Numbered from the stretch's first letter, positions 24,549-36,579 are shown. The stretch is 64,000 nt of DNA from Eledone cirrhosa (GCA_964016885.1 OZ024742.1:322400001-322464000), one strand, 5' to 3'. Numbers and translations: made by a program. The notes: generated from the sequence alone by a model not told the origin.

Positions 24549-25464
24549 TCTATATATATAAAACTGAGGATGTCTGTCTGTGTGTGAGTTTGAATCCCTA
24601 AAACTCGAGAACCACCCAACTGACTCTTTTCAAACTTTACACATATAATACTTATGTTTCAGGGAGTGTTCTGAGCAAAAACAATTTCAAATTTTCAATG
24701 TCCTAGGGACTGCATTAGGCGATTTAGCGATCTCTCTCTATAAGTCTTTCTCTTTTTAGATAGATACATACATATATCGTCGCGCCCTTATAATATCTGT
24801 CTGTATGCCTGACTGTCTGCATTACGTCACTTCCCCGAGGATGTCTGTCTGTGTGTGTGTGTGTGTCTGTGAGTTTGAATGCCTAAAACTCGAGAAGTAC
24901 CCAACCGACAATTTCAAACTTTACATGTGTATTACTTATGTTTCAGGCAGTGTTATGCACATACAAAAATTCAACGTTTTGATCCCCTATGGCCCGCATT
25001 AGTTGAAAAACTGCGTTTTTCAGGTTTTTAGGGGTTTTTTGAGTCGTTATGTCAGACTGATTTCCTTGAAATTGTAACTATGTATTAGTCAGTCTCCTCT
25101 TCATACTGTGAGCAAAGAAAATCCAACTTTTTCAGGGTCTAGGGCCCACATTAGGTGAAAACCTTCATTTTTTCAGCTTTTTAGGGCTTTTTTGAGGTGT
25201 TACGTCTAGCTGATTTTCGCGAAATTTCAAGGCATATGCACATTAAAAAAATTTATTTTCTTGATCCCCTAGGGCCCGCATTAGGTAAAAACCTGCATTT
25301 TTCCTGCTTCATTGAGGAAAATCTTAAAGATTATCCAGCCATCAGAGTATTCGGTTTATTTTTTTTACATATTGTCCAGGCATGCAGTTTTTCCACGATT
25401 AGGTCTGTTGGCGGTCTGCGCTCCAAAATACCTTATCCCGTGCAACGTCAGGTACCACTGCTAG
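24549..25464 (+). mobile_element. Non-autonomous Helitron, tandem unit 2
   Basis: Diverged direct repeat of unit 1, joined CTAG|TC; ends CTAG|T. Confidence 0.8.
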
Positions 25465-25565
25465 TATATATATATAAATAGCTTCATATATATATATATA
25501 AATAGCTTTATATATATAAATAGCTTTATATATATATATGTATATATAAATAGCTTCATATATAT

Positions 25566-27635
25566 CATCATCATCATCAACGTTTAACGTCCGTGTTCCA
25601 CGCTTGCATGGGCTTGGACGGGAGTATTCCCACTTGAGGCAAGAGTGATTGTCTTGCTCGCATAGGACTGTCTGGCAGGTTTTCTACAGTTGGATGCCCT
25701 TCCTAACACCAACCACATTTACAGTGTGGGTCTGGGAGGTTTTTACCGTGTTGCCTACACGGCCACATTACAGCGTGGACTGTGTGTTTTTTTTGTCGTG
25801 ACACCTACACGATCTCATTTGTTTCGGCCTGGATGGCGTGGCACCGACATAACTTTACATAGAAGGGGGTGGTGTGGATGAGGTGGGGGTGGTGGGACGG
25901 GGTGTATTTTGTTAGAGATGCCTACTGGCTGTAGTAGGTTTTACTATGTATTTAGGTAAGGCGGGTCTTCTCTGTTACTGAGTACCGCCAAAGGTCTCGG
26001 TCCAGTGACATTGTCTTGGAGAGGTGTAAGTGTGTGAGGTCGGAGTTTATCAGCTCGTCCCAGGTTTTTCTAGGTCTGCCTATTCCGTGGCTACCGTCTA
26101 TCTTTATTGCCCTGCACTTTGTTATACAGCTATCGACTTTCATGCGCATCACGTGTCCATACCAACGTAGCCTTCTCTCGAGTAAACAACATCTGATCCC
26201 TCTTATTTCTAATTTTTTCCTTAGTTCGTTTATGCTTTGCCGTTCACGTATATTACTGTTACACATCCAGCGGAGCATGCAAGCTTCGTTCCTCTCTAGT
26301 TTGCGTATATCCTCTGCACACAATGCCCAGGTCTCACTGCCATGCAACATTGCTGTTCGTATGCAGGCATCATACAACCTGCCTTTCATTTTTAGGGAGA
26401 ACCCTTTAGCAGCTAATAGTGGTATAAGCTCTCTGAACTTTTTCCATCCAGTTCTGACTCTAGCTACTGTACTTTCTGAGCACCCTCCCCCACTGCTGAT
26501 TTTGTCACCCAGGTAACGGAAGCTGTCCACTATTTCTATAGAGCCTTCTGCGCAGTTGTAAGAGCTAGTATTTTGTGGGCACTCGCTGCTACTTATTGCA
26601 CCAGAGCACCGGCCACATGTAAAATCTATGTTCTTAGTTAGCTTACCTGTGATCCCACTACATCTTTTATGCACCCATACTTTGCATTTGGGACATAAAA
26701 TGGAGTTTCTACCTACGCCTTTCCTACACACTGAGCATGACCATTTCCCAGAAGGGACTGCCACCTTATTTTCTTTCCTACAAACTAGAACTTTAGTCTT
26801 AGCCAGGTTAATTTTAAGGCCTTTTGATTCTAGGCCATGCTTCCATGTTTGGAATTTCTTCTCTAGCTCGGCCATTGATTCAGCTATGAGTGTCAGGTCG
26901 TCTGCGTATAGGAGTTCCCATGGGCAGCCGGTCTTGAACTCCTCTGTTATAGCCTGAAGGGCAATAATAAATAGTAGGGGGCTGAGAACAGAGCCCTGAT
27001 GGACGCCAACTTTTACACTAAACTCTTCACTATGTTCGTTGTTAATTCTAACCTTGCTGACTGTTTCTTTATACATGGCTTGTATCGCTCTCACAAGCCA
27101 TTCGTCAACACCTAGTTTTCTAAGAGCCCACCAGATAATGGAACGGGGGACTCTGTCGAAGGCTTTCTCCAAGTCGACAAAAGCTAAGTAGAGGGGTTTA
27201 CCTTTAGCTAGGTACTTCTCCTGTAGTTGTCGTACAATGAAAAGAGCGTCTGTGGTACTTTTGCCTGACACAAACCCGAACTGCATTTCATCTAGGTCAA
27301 TTCTCTCTCTGATTAGTTGCGCTATTACTTTTTCCGTGACCTTCATGACCTGGTCGATTAATTTAATGCCTCTATAGTTACTCCTATCTAGGGCATCTCC
27401 TTTACCCTTATAACAGTTAACGATGATGCTGCTATGCCAGTCCTTCGGAATAACCCCATTCTGTACGACTTGGTTAACTATCCGGGTGACCATGGTGTGT
27501 CCCACCGTGCCAGATGCCTTCAGCATCTCAGCGACTATTTCCGAAGGCCCAGCCGCCTTACCCGTCTTCATATCCTTGATTGCCTTACTTATTATACTCC
27601 CCTCGACTAACACTGCTGGTCCCTCTATTGGGTCG
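25566..27635 (-). mobile_element. RTE LINE subfamily A, 5'-truncated, long uninterrupted RT ORF
   Basis: ORF from about 27635 to 25952 with GKAAGP, KGKGD, NYRGIKL, QFGF and YADD. (GAT)n tail. Flanked by the 20-bp direct repeat ATAAATAGCTTCATATATAT. Confidence 0.95.
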
Positions 27636-27644
27636 ATAAATAGC

Positions 27645-27687
<43 letters not shown>

Positions 27688-27689
27688 CT

Positions 27690-27726
<37 letters not shown>

Positions 27727-27746
27727 TAAATAGCTTCATATATATG

Positions 27747-29490
27747 AGGTGATGCACTCGATAGAGGAAACTATAGAGGTATATAGCTGATGGACCAGGT
27801 CATGAAAGTAACAGAAAGAGTTATAGCACAGTTGATTAGGGACCGGGTGAATCTAGACGAGATGCAATTTGGGTTTGTACCAGGAAGAGGCACCACTGAT
27901 GCCCTCTTCCTTGTGAGGCAGTTACAGGAAAAGTACCTAGCTAAAAGTAAGCCACTCTACCTGGCATTCGTCGATCTCGAGAAAGCCTTCCACGTGCTGT
28001 AATTTGGTGGGCTCTTAGAAAACTAGGAGTAGATGAATGGCTTGTGAAAGCTGTACAAGCCATGTATAGGGGAGCAGTCATCAAAGTTAGGATTAGCAAT
28101 GAGTATAGCGAGGAATTTAGCGTACAGGTTGGTGTCCACCAGGGCTCTGTTCTTAGCCCTCTCCTGTTCATCATAGACCTGCAGGCAATAACGGAGGAGT
28201 TTAAGACCGGAAGCCCATGGGAACTCCTGTATGCTGATGACCTCGCACTTATAGCTGAATCTATGGTAGAACTAGAGAATAAATTCCAAACTTGGAAGCA
28301 GGGACTAGAAAGAAAGAGTCTCAAAGTTAACATGACAAAGACTAAGGTCCTTGTAAGTAGACGAGAAAACAGAACCCAGATCCCCTCAGGGAAATGGCCT
28401 TGCTCAGTATGTAGGAAAGGTGTAGGTAGGAACTCCATTCTCTGCCCCAAATGCAAATAATGGGTACACAAGAGATGTAGTGGGATCTCAGGAAGCTTAA
28501 TTAAGAATGTAGGCTTCACATGCAGCAGCTGTACTGGGACAGCAAGCAGCAAACAGCCACAGGAAACAAGTACCACCAATCTCTGGGAGGGCTCTGTAGA
28601 GACAGTAGACAGCTTCTGCTACCTAGGTGACCGAATTAGCAGCGGAGGCGGGTGTTCAGAAAGTACAATAACTAGGGTAAGAACGGGATGGAAGAAGTTC
28701 AGGGAACTACTACCACTGCTAGCTGCAAAAGGCTTCTCCCTCAAAATGAAAGGCAGACTGTATGATGCGTGTATCCAAACAGCAATGTTACATGGTAGTG
28801 AGACCTGGGCGCTGAAGGTGGAAGACTTACGTAGATTAGAGAGAAACGAAGCCTGCATGCTCCAATGGATGTGTAATAGTAATATACACGAAGGACAAAG
28901 CATAAATGAATTGAGAGAGAGATTGAGCATAAGAGGAATCAAATGCTGTGTGCAGGAGAGGCGGTTGCGCTGGTATGGACATGTGATGCGTATGACGGAT
29001 GACAGCTGCATAAAAAGGTGCAGAGCACTAGAAGTCGATGGAAACCGCGGAGTGGGGAGACCCAAGATGACCTGGGATGAGGTGATAAAAGCCGACCTTA
29101 CCCAATTACACCTCTCAAAGGCGATGACACACGACCGTGACCTCTGGCGTCATGCAGTAATACAGAGTACCCGACCTCCCATGGGTACAAGCTGAAGCAT
29201 ATAGACAATATGCCCCCACACCCTCCCACTGCAAGGTGGTCGTGGAGGTGCCACGGCAAAAAAACACCCAGCCCACACTGTAAAGTGGACGTGTAGGCGC
29301 CACGAAAAAGCACCCAGCACTCACTGTAAATGAGGTTGGCGTTAGGAAGGGCATCCAGCTGTAGAAATCAAGCCAAATCAGTTCCTGTTTGAGCAAGGCA
29401 TGGTCAGCCGACCAGACACTGCCCACAACAGGACAACCCGTCTAACCCATGCTAGCGTGGAAGAACGGACGTAAAACGGTCATGATGATG
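27747..29490 (+). mobile_element. RTE LINE subfamily B, 5'-truncated and disrupted (frameshift near 27990, stop at 28458)
   Basis: Close paralogue of 21411-23107, with the ORF split into pieces. Confidence 0.93.
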
Positions 29491-29641
29491 ATATATATAT
29501 ATATGTGTAGAAGAGATATTTAATTTGTTGGAAATCCAACAAATATAGATGTTTATAACTGATTCAGTGCACTCGACAGATTTCTGGAGTAAGTATTCAA
29601 TGATATTAAGTAAATGGAAACTATATTTATAAAACCATATT

Positions 29642-29703
29642 TATTCTATTATATATATTTCAAGGATACGAAAAATGTTGGTACGCTATCATCAGATAAA
29701 ATA
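29642..29703 (-). ncRNA. Type I hammerhead motif (H4, left arm)
   Basis: tattttat-CTGATGA-tagcgtac..gtatcctt-GAAA-tatata-TA^atagaata. Confidence 0.65.
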
Positions 29704-29858
29704 CAAAGTGTTTTATAAATATTTTACATGACCAAAGATAATATACCTTAACGGTTCAAGTTATCCCTGGAAAGTTATCCCTGACTTTCCAGGGATAACT
29801 TGAACCGTTAAGGTATATTATCCTTGGTCATGTCAAATATTTATAAAACATTTTGTAT

Positions 29859-29914
29859 TTTATCTGATGATAGCGTACCAAAATTTTTTCTACCCTTGAA
29901 ATATATATAATAAA
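29859..29914 (+). ncRNA. Type I hammerhead motif (H4, right arm)
   Basis: tttat-CTGATGA-tagcgta..taccctt-GAAA-tatata-TA^ataaa. Confidence 0.6.
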
Positions 29915-29985
29915 TATGGTTTTATAAATATAGTTTCCATTTATTTAATATCATTGTATATATATATATATATATTTATATTACT

Positions 29986-30288
29986 AATATATGCGAACGG
30001 CAAAGCATAAATGAATTGAGAGAGAGACTGAGCATAAGAGGAATCAAATGCCCCCACACCCTCCCACTGCAAAGTGGTCGTTGAGGTGCCATGGCAAAAA
30101 TAGCACCCAGCCCACACTGTGAATGAGGTTGGTGTTAGGAAGGGCATCCAGCTGTAGAAATCAAGCCAGAATCAGTTCCCGTATGAGCAAGGCATGGTCA
30201 GCCGACCGGACACTGCCAACAACAGGGCAACCCGTCTAACCCATGCTAGCATGGAAGAACGGACGTAAAACGGTGATGATGATGATGA

Positions 30289-30292
<4 letters not shown>
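29986..30292 (+). mobile_element. RTE-B 3' fragment with an internal deletion
   Basis: ORF piece (RERQSINELRERLSIRGIKC) fused directly to the 3'UTR at ATGC; (GAT)n tail. Confidence 0.85.
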
Positions 30293-30333
<41 letters not shown>

Positions 30334-30780
30334 TAAAACGATATGTTATGTCCTTCAGCAAGACACTTTATTCCATGGTGCTCCTTCTACCTGGAGTTGC
30401 AACTGATAGATAGTATTAGCAATTGGAAAGACCGACCTTGGTCCGATTTGGTGAAAGTCAATCGACAAATACATATATATATATATACCCACTAGCAAGT
30501 GGTGTTGATATGGTGTAAAGTGATATTTAGAGAGAACCTAAATTAGCGTGTTAAGACTGACTACACTATGTGAAGTGAAGCATGCAGGTTCTATTGTCTA
30601 GAAATGAAACTAAAAACCAGTAATTTATGGAGGTATTATCTCAAAACTCACACACTCATTTATTTTTCCTGTAAACTTTGTGACTTAGTTATGCCTGCAA
30701 TTTATTTAATTTATTGTTTCATTGAGTCTGTACAACTAACAAACTATGCCACTAACAATATGTTGGCAGTATGTATGTAT

Positions 30781-30892
30781 GTAGGCTGAAAAATTCATAG
30801 GCTGGCTATGAGGGAGTGATGTTAGAGGTGTGAAATCTTGCATGCATTAATTTTAACTCTTTTTATTAATAACTGCATTGTTTCTTTCTGGG
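30781..30892 (+). mobile_element. Possible mariner-type terminal fragment
   Basis: GGCTGAAAAATTCATAGGCTG resembles mariner TIR starts; no partner end found. Confidence 0.35.
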
Positions 30893-32094
30893 GACTACTG
30901 AAGAATAAACCTCATTTGGGCATCAAATGCATGACTATGGGATTGTAAACTGAACACTGTAACCACTAAACCAAGCCCCTTCACCATAGATCATAAAATT
31001 AAAAACTAAATGTGTGTTTGTGTTTCACTTAGCCTTTGTAATCAAAATAAAAATCTCATTTTTATTGGCCCAAAACCTTGAAAAGTTTTTTGACCAAGAG
31101 ACCCAGTTGTAATGTTGACTGGTCTGAAGCCAAAGCAATTATTATGCACAATTCTTTAGCCTTTCAGTATAAGCCTGGGCAGGGTGTAAACACATGAACA
31201 TATAATAATAATAATAATGAAATATTGTGTACAGTGCTCAGGTGCACTACAACTCATCAAAAAGTGTATGTATAGTACATAGGGTAATGTACAAACATCA
31301 GGAAAATGAACAGTGAACACATGTACTAATACACACACATATACATCACTACTACTATTGCCACCACTACTATTACGATCATATCCACCACTGCAGCTGC
31401 CACTAACACTACCACTACCACCACATTGCAAATGTCTATACATACAAACACACATATATACATATATGATGGCTGCCCCCCTCATTATCGAGTATACATA
31501 CATATATACATACATACATACATATATGTATATGTCTGCATGTGTGTGCATTGTGAAGAACATGTGATATGAACAATTGTTATAACAAAACAGTTAAGGC
31601 TATTACAATAAATATTTCATTTAAAGTACTCAGTTGAGTCTATATAATTAACTATATATGTACTACACTTGACCTTTTCACTACCATATTTCCAATGAAA
31701 GGCACAGCTTATGATTTTTAAATCATTTTGAAAATTATCAAGAATTCTAGAGAGATTTGGTAACATAACTAATTTCTCATTATTAAGCTGGTGTTTAGGG
31801 CATAATTTAACAAAGGTTCTTACATAAAATTATGATGGAAAATCTTTAGATAAATAAAAACATTTAAAGTCTTTTGTTTCCATATTTCTAATAAAAGACA
31901 TTGCTTATGATTTTCATATAATTTTGAAAATAATTAAGAATTAGGAATAATTTCTCGGTATACATCTATCTATCTGCCTATCTCCTTATTTACCTACCTA
32001 CTTGTCTGTCTAGTTATCCGTCTGTCTCACTGTCAGTCTATAGTTATTTTTTATGTATATTTACCAAATTTCAACAAGAACAACAACAAAGATA

Positions 32095-32868
32095 CACAAG
32101 AAAATATGGAAATGGAAGGTTTGGAAGCTAAAGGACCTTTCTGTTAAATATAGGTTTAGAAAGGCCCTATGAGATGCATTTGATGAGAAGGGAGATGATT
32201 TAGATACATATGACATAGAGGACAATTAGAAATTCTTGCGGGATAACCTTATGCCAACTACTGATGACACTTATGGCTGGAGTAAATCACCAGCCAGACA
32301 GAGGGTGACCTGATGGTGGAACAGCACAGTGGATAGAGCCATGCCAAGAGACAAGCTTGGAAAGACTGGAAAAATGGGAGTAGCAGAGAGGGGTGTCAAG
32401 TAGCTAAGAGAGGAACTAGAGAACAGGTATACACAGCTTGGAGAGAGGCTGAACAAAGAAAGTTTGCCAATGTTATGAGATGTGGAGATGAGAGACATGA
32501 AGTGTTCCATATTGCAAGGCAGTGTGTTTGTGGGAATCAGGATGTTGTTGGGGAAAGGTGTGTTAGAAATGACACTGGTGCACTTAGCACAACAGATACT
32601 CAAATAAAAGAGGCCTGGAAATATTACTATGAGAAGCTGATGAATGTAGAGAATAAATGGGAGGAGAAGCGACTACCCCCAACTTACCTAACAGAAGGAC
32701 CAACTACTGAAGTTGACAGTTATAGGGTCAAATGGCGTCTGTGTGTAAAGTGCAATGCTGTATGGTAGTGAAACATGAGTAGTGAACACAGAGGACATGC
32801 AGAGGTTGGAGAAAAATGAAGCAACCATGCTTCATTGGATGTGCAATGTAAATGTGAGAGAATGCGGG
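32095..32868 (+). mobile_element. Degenerate RTE internal fragments
   Basis: RVTWWNS, VFHIARQ..NQDVVGERCVRND..AWKYYYEKLMNVEN, then MLYGSET..MQRLEKNE. Confidence 0.75.
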
Positions 32869-32869
32869 A

Positions 32870-33222
32870 TTGGTCGGGAGACTATGTCTCGCTCGTACAG
32901 AACTGTCCCTGGCAGGTTTCCTACGGCTGGATGCCCTTCCTAACACCAACCACGTTTACAGTGAGGACTGGGAGCCTTTTTACCGTGTCTCATACACGAC
33001 CACTTTACAGTGTTGACTGGGTGCTTTTTGTTGTGTCACTGACATGACCACTTTACAATGGACGGAAATGGGAGGATGGAGTAGGGTGTGTGGGGTGTAT
33101 ATTGGGTTAAGACATTCCTACTGACTGTAGGTTTAAGTTTGTATGCAAGGGAAGGTGGGTCTTCTGTACAACGCATAGCGCCAAAGATCTCGATCCAGTG
33201 ACATTGTCTTAAAGAGGTGTAT
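32870..33222 (-). mobile_element. RTE 3' end (A-like)
   Basis: GGCTGGATGCCCTTCCTAACACCAACC UTR motif and GATCCAGTGACATTGTC, as in subfamily A. Confidence 0.75.
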
Positions 33223-33280
33223 ATAAAGGAGTAAAAGTCAGTGTTGCAGCATATGTACAAACTTTATATGCATATTACAA

Positions 33281-33330
<50 letters not shown>

Positions 33331-33331
33331 G

Positions 33332-33725
33332 TTGTTATACTTTGGGAGGGTCATGCTGCCAATAAAAACACATGCACCTGTTGATTTTTCACTTCAATTT
33401 ATTATAAGTTTCCGGTTGGTTGGCTGGTTCGATAACCGGAAGGTTGTTTATATATTGTCAAAGCTCTTTCGTCACACATGCTGTGACCTCCTCAGTGACT
33501 AGGTTTTTATTTTGTGCCTCTCCTTTGTTCTGTCCTACACCATCTTATTTTTGTGTGAACACACTGAGAAGGTCACAGCATGTGTGATGAAAGAGCTTTG
33601 ACAATATATAAACAACCTTCCAGTTATCGAACCAACAAACCAACCAGAAACTTATAATAAATTGAAGTGAAAAATCAACAGGTACGTGTTTTTATTGGCA
33701 CCCTGACCCTCCCAAAGTATAACAA
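33332..33725. mobile_element. Inverted-repeat element (about 165-bp arms) with hammerhead motifs (family H5)
   Basis: Arms about 33332-33497 and 33562-33725. Abuts (TA)n. A terminal fragment of the same family lies at about 37538-37570. Confidence 0.8.
33457..33499 (-). ncRNA. Type I hammerhead-like motif (H5)
   Basis: gtca-CTGAGGA-g gtcaca gcatg tgtgac-GAAA-gagc-TT^tgac. The + strand copy at 33562-33602 has a mutated core, CTGAGAA. Confidence 0.6.
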
Positions 33726-33902
33726 TATCTATTTCCACACACGTTAACAAATAAGAAATCTCGCAGAACAAATTCAAAAACGAATTATATATATATGTTT
33801 CTATGTATATTTGAGAAAAGGTATATGAAGACACTGCCTATGATTTTCAAATAATTTGAGCGATTTAGTAATATAATTAACTTTCTCATTATTAAGCTGA
33901 TA

Positions 33903-34092
33903 TAGGGCAGTGGATTGGCAGTATCGGTAGAGGGTCGGACGCCATGCTTTGCCGCATAGAGTTACGGACCTTTACGTTTTGAGTCCAAATCCCGCCGAGG
34001 CTAACTTTGCCTTTCATCCTTACGGGGTCGATAAAATAAAGTACCAATAATGCACTGGGATAATTGCTGGCCTTATGCCAAAAGTAGAAACA
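33903..34092 (+). mobile_element. SINE family 2 inserted into a piggyBac-like repeat
   Basis: Full consensus; flanking direct repeat ATTATTAAGC(T/A)GAT. Confidence 0.88.
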
Positions 34093-34455
34093 ATTATTAA
34101 GCAGATGTTTGGAACATAACTTACATAAAATGATCATGGAAGGCTTTTAAAAATAAATAGTTTTGTGATGCCAGTTTAGTATAAAAAGGGTTCAAAAGCT
34201 TATTATTGTTCTTATTAAATGTGTATGTACATCTAACTGCAAATTGTATAGTCTCAAATATAATTGTATATTGGAGTTATTGTTTTCACTGTGTTTGCAT
34301 GTCTGTTTAGCATTGTTGAGCATGTCTCAATAAGTGTATTGTATGTGCATTTGTGTATGTGTGCTTCTGAGTGTGTACGAGATGATTTAAGTGGCTGGAT
34401 TGTATGTAAATGTGTATGTGATATGATTTAAGTGTCAGTATTGTATGTGTGTAAT

Positions 34456-34645
34456 TGTAAGGGCGGTGGATTGGCACTATCGGTAGAGGGTCGGACGCCA
34501 TGCTTTCAAGCATAGTTACGTCCCTTTACGATCTGAGTTCAAATCCCGTCGAGGTTGACTTTGCCTTTCATCCTTACGGGGTCGATAAAATAAAGTACCA
34601 GTAATGCACTGGGTAATTGCTGGCCTTGTGCCTAAAGTAGAAACA
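34456..34645 (+). mobile_element. SINE family 2 with a 19-bp target-site duplication
   Basis: TSD AGTATTGTATGTGTGTAAT at 34437-34455 and 34646-34664; B-box GAGTTCAAATCCC. Confidence 0.92.
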
Positions 34646-34699
34646 AGTATTGTATGTGTGTAATATGAGTTAAGTGTGTAAATGTGATGTGTATAGTTT

Positions 34700-35560
34700 G
34701 TAGAGGAGGAGAGAGTAAAACGTGAGAGAGGAAGAAGAGAAAATATGGGAGAGTGAGAATATGGAGAGACACACAGAGAAATGTTGTGAAAGACGGAGAG
34801 AAAGAAAACGAAAAGAAAGAAGAGAGAGATGTAGTGAACGAAAGAAAGATAAGAAAAATAACTTGAGAGAGATAGACAGAGAAAGGGAGGAAAGATAGAC
34901 AGGAAGAGAGAGAGAGAGAGAGAGAGAAAGAGGAAGGAGAGATAGAGAAAAATATAATGAGAGAGGCAGAAGACGGTTGAATGAAAGAGATGGAGAGAAA
35001 CATGGTGAAGGAGGGAAAGACAGAGAAGAAAAAGTAAATTAAGGGAGAATAAAAGAAAGAGGAAGAGAAAGATTAAAAGAGATAGAAAGGAACAGAGAGA
35101 CAGAGAAGGACGGAGAAAAGGGAAGAGAGAGTGAGAAACAAAGGAAGAGACAAGTTGAAGAATTAAAGAAAGAGGTTGAGAGAGAAAAATAGAAAAGTGT
35201 TCTGGAAGAAAGAAGGGTGAGAGAGATTAGGAAATATATATAAAGAGAAAGAGAGACAGTAAAATGCGAAAGAAAAAAGATAGACATACAAGAAGATCGA
35301 AAGAGAAAGAGAGAGAGCCAAAATAAAAAGAGAAAGAGAGGGGTGGAAATAACAATAGAGAGTAAGGAAGATAATGAGAATGAAAGAAAGAGAGTATGTG
35401 TCTAAAGAAAATAAAAAAAGGAAGGAAAGAAAATAAGACTAAAAGAGGAGAGCAAAAAGTAACAGAAAAAGAGATAGAGAGTCTAAAGAAACAAGCAAAA
35501 TAGATAGATAGACAAAGGAAACTAATAAGATAGATGGATAAATAGACTAAGAGAAATAAA
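34700..35560. repeat. GA-rich low-complexity tract
   Basis: Polypurine strand, direct inspection. Confidence 0.9.
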
Positions 35561-35564
35561 GAGA

Positions 35565-35915
35565 GGGGGAGCAATAGATAGATAGATAAATAGACTAAGA
35601 GAAATAAAAAGAGGAAGAGCAATAGATAGGGTGGTAGTTAGATTAAGAGAAATAAAATGAGGGAGAGCAATAGATAGGGTGGTAGTTGGACTAAGAGAAA
35701 TAAAGCGAGGGAGAGCAATAGATAGGGTGGTAGTTGGACTAAGAGAAATAAAGCGAGGGAGAGCAATAGATAGGGTGGTAGTTGGACTAAGAGAAATAAA
35801 GCGAGGGAGAGCAATAGACGGGGTGGTAGTTAGACTAAGAGAAATAAAGTGAGGGAGAGCAATAGATGGGGTGGTAGTTAGACTAAGAGAAATAAAGCGA
35901 GGGAGAGCAATAGAG
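35565..35915. repeat. 48-bp minisatellite, about 7 units
   Basis: Unit GGGAGAGCAATAGATAGGGTGGTAGTTGGACTAAGAGAAATAAAGCGA. Confidence 0.92.
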
Positions 35916-36143
35916 AGACTAAGGGAACTAAGGAGACAGATGCAGATCTCGGCATCAAAGTAACCAAAGCGAGGCTGATAGCCCCAGCAATGGCGCTTAT
36001 GTATGAATAAAACCACCGACAGCTTCTCTTTATTTTTTTATATTAACACTGACACTTTCATTTATTATTTTTTTTCTAAAGTAATCTAAGTGTGGGCCTC
36101 TCTGCTTGTTGTTGACACATCGTGTTGTCTTTTCGGTTGACAG

Positions 36144-36216
36144 GATCTACTCGCCAAATCATCTCCATGAACGATGTCTGTACGACCTGACTATTCTGAC
36201 TTGGGACGTTTAGACG
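36144..36216 (+). other. Candidate host exon (possible coding start MSVRPDYSDLGRLD)
   Basis: Unique, CpG-enriched sequence. Acceptor-like TCTTTTCGGTTGACAG|, ATG at 36174, donor-like ACG|GTAAAT. Confidence 0.3.
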
Positions 36217-36548
36217 GTAAATATGAGAAACTTTCGCTTTCACCTTTCATGCTTCTTCACTATTTTTTTATTCTTTTCAGGATTTTTTGTTACTTTTTAA
36301 AATGTTTTTCAATATTCCAACACGTTCTTCAGGATTTCTTTTAGTACTCTAACACGTTCTTCAGGATTTTAAAGTATTTAAAAAGATTTTTGATTATTTT
36401 TTTTCAATGTTTTTAAAAATATTTTTCACTATTTGTTGTAACACCTTCTTTCACACTGTATTATAATGTATGTGTACATATATGTGTATATACATATATA
36501 TTTAGCATTTATATGTAAATGTGTGTATATATTGTTTAACATTATGCG

Positions 36549-36579
<31 letters not shown>

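Larger units (their letters stand above)
29598..29956. mobile_element. About 360-bp palindromic element with a hammerhead in each arm (family H4)
   Basis: About 175-bp inverted arms centred at about 29780, flanked by (TA)n. Confidence 0.8.

Noticed and set aside
25952-27757. 601-aa ORF as a complete gene
   Set aside because: The N-terminal 40 or so residues come from a (TA)-rich minisatellite. The element is 5'-truncated and lacks the endonuclease domain.
35565-35915. CRISPR-like array (also 59025-59480)
   Set aside because: Contiguous tandem units without unique spacers, in a eukaryotic context, with no cas genes.
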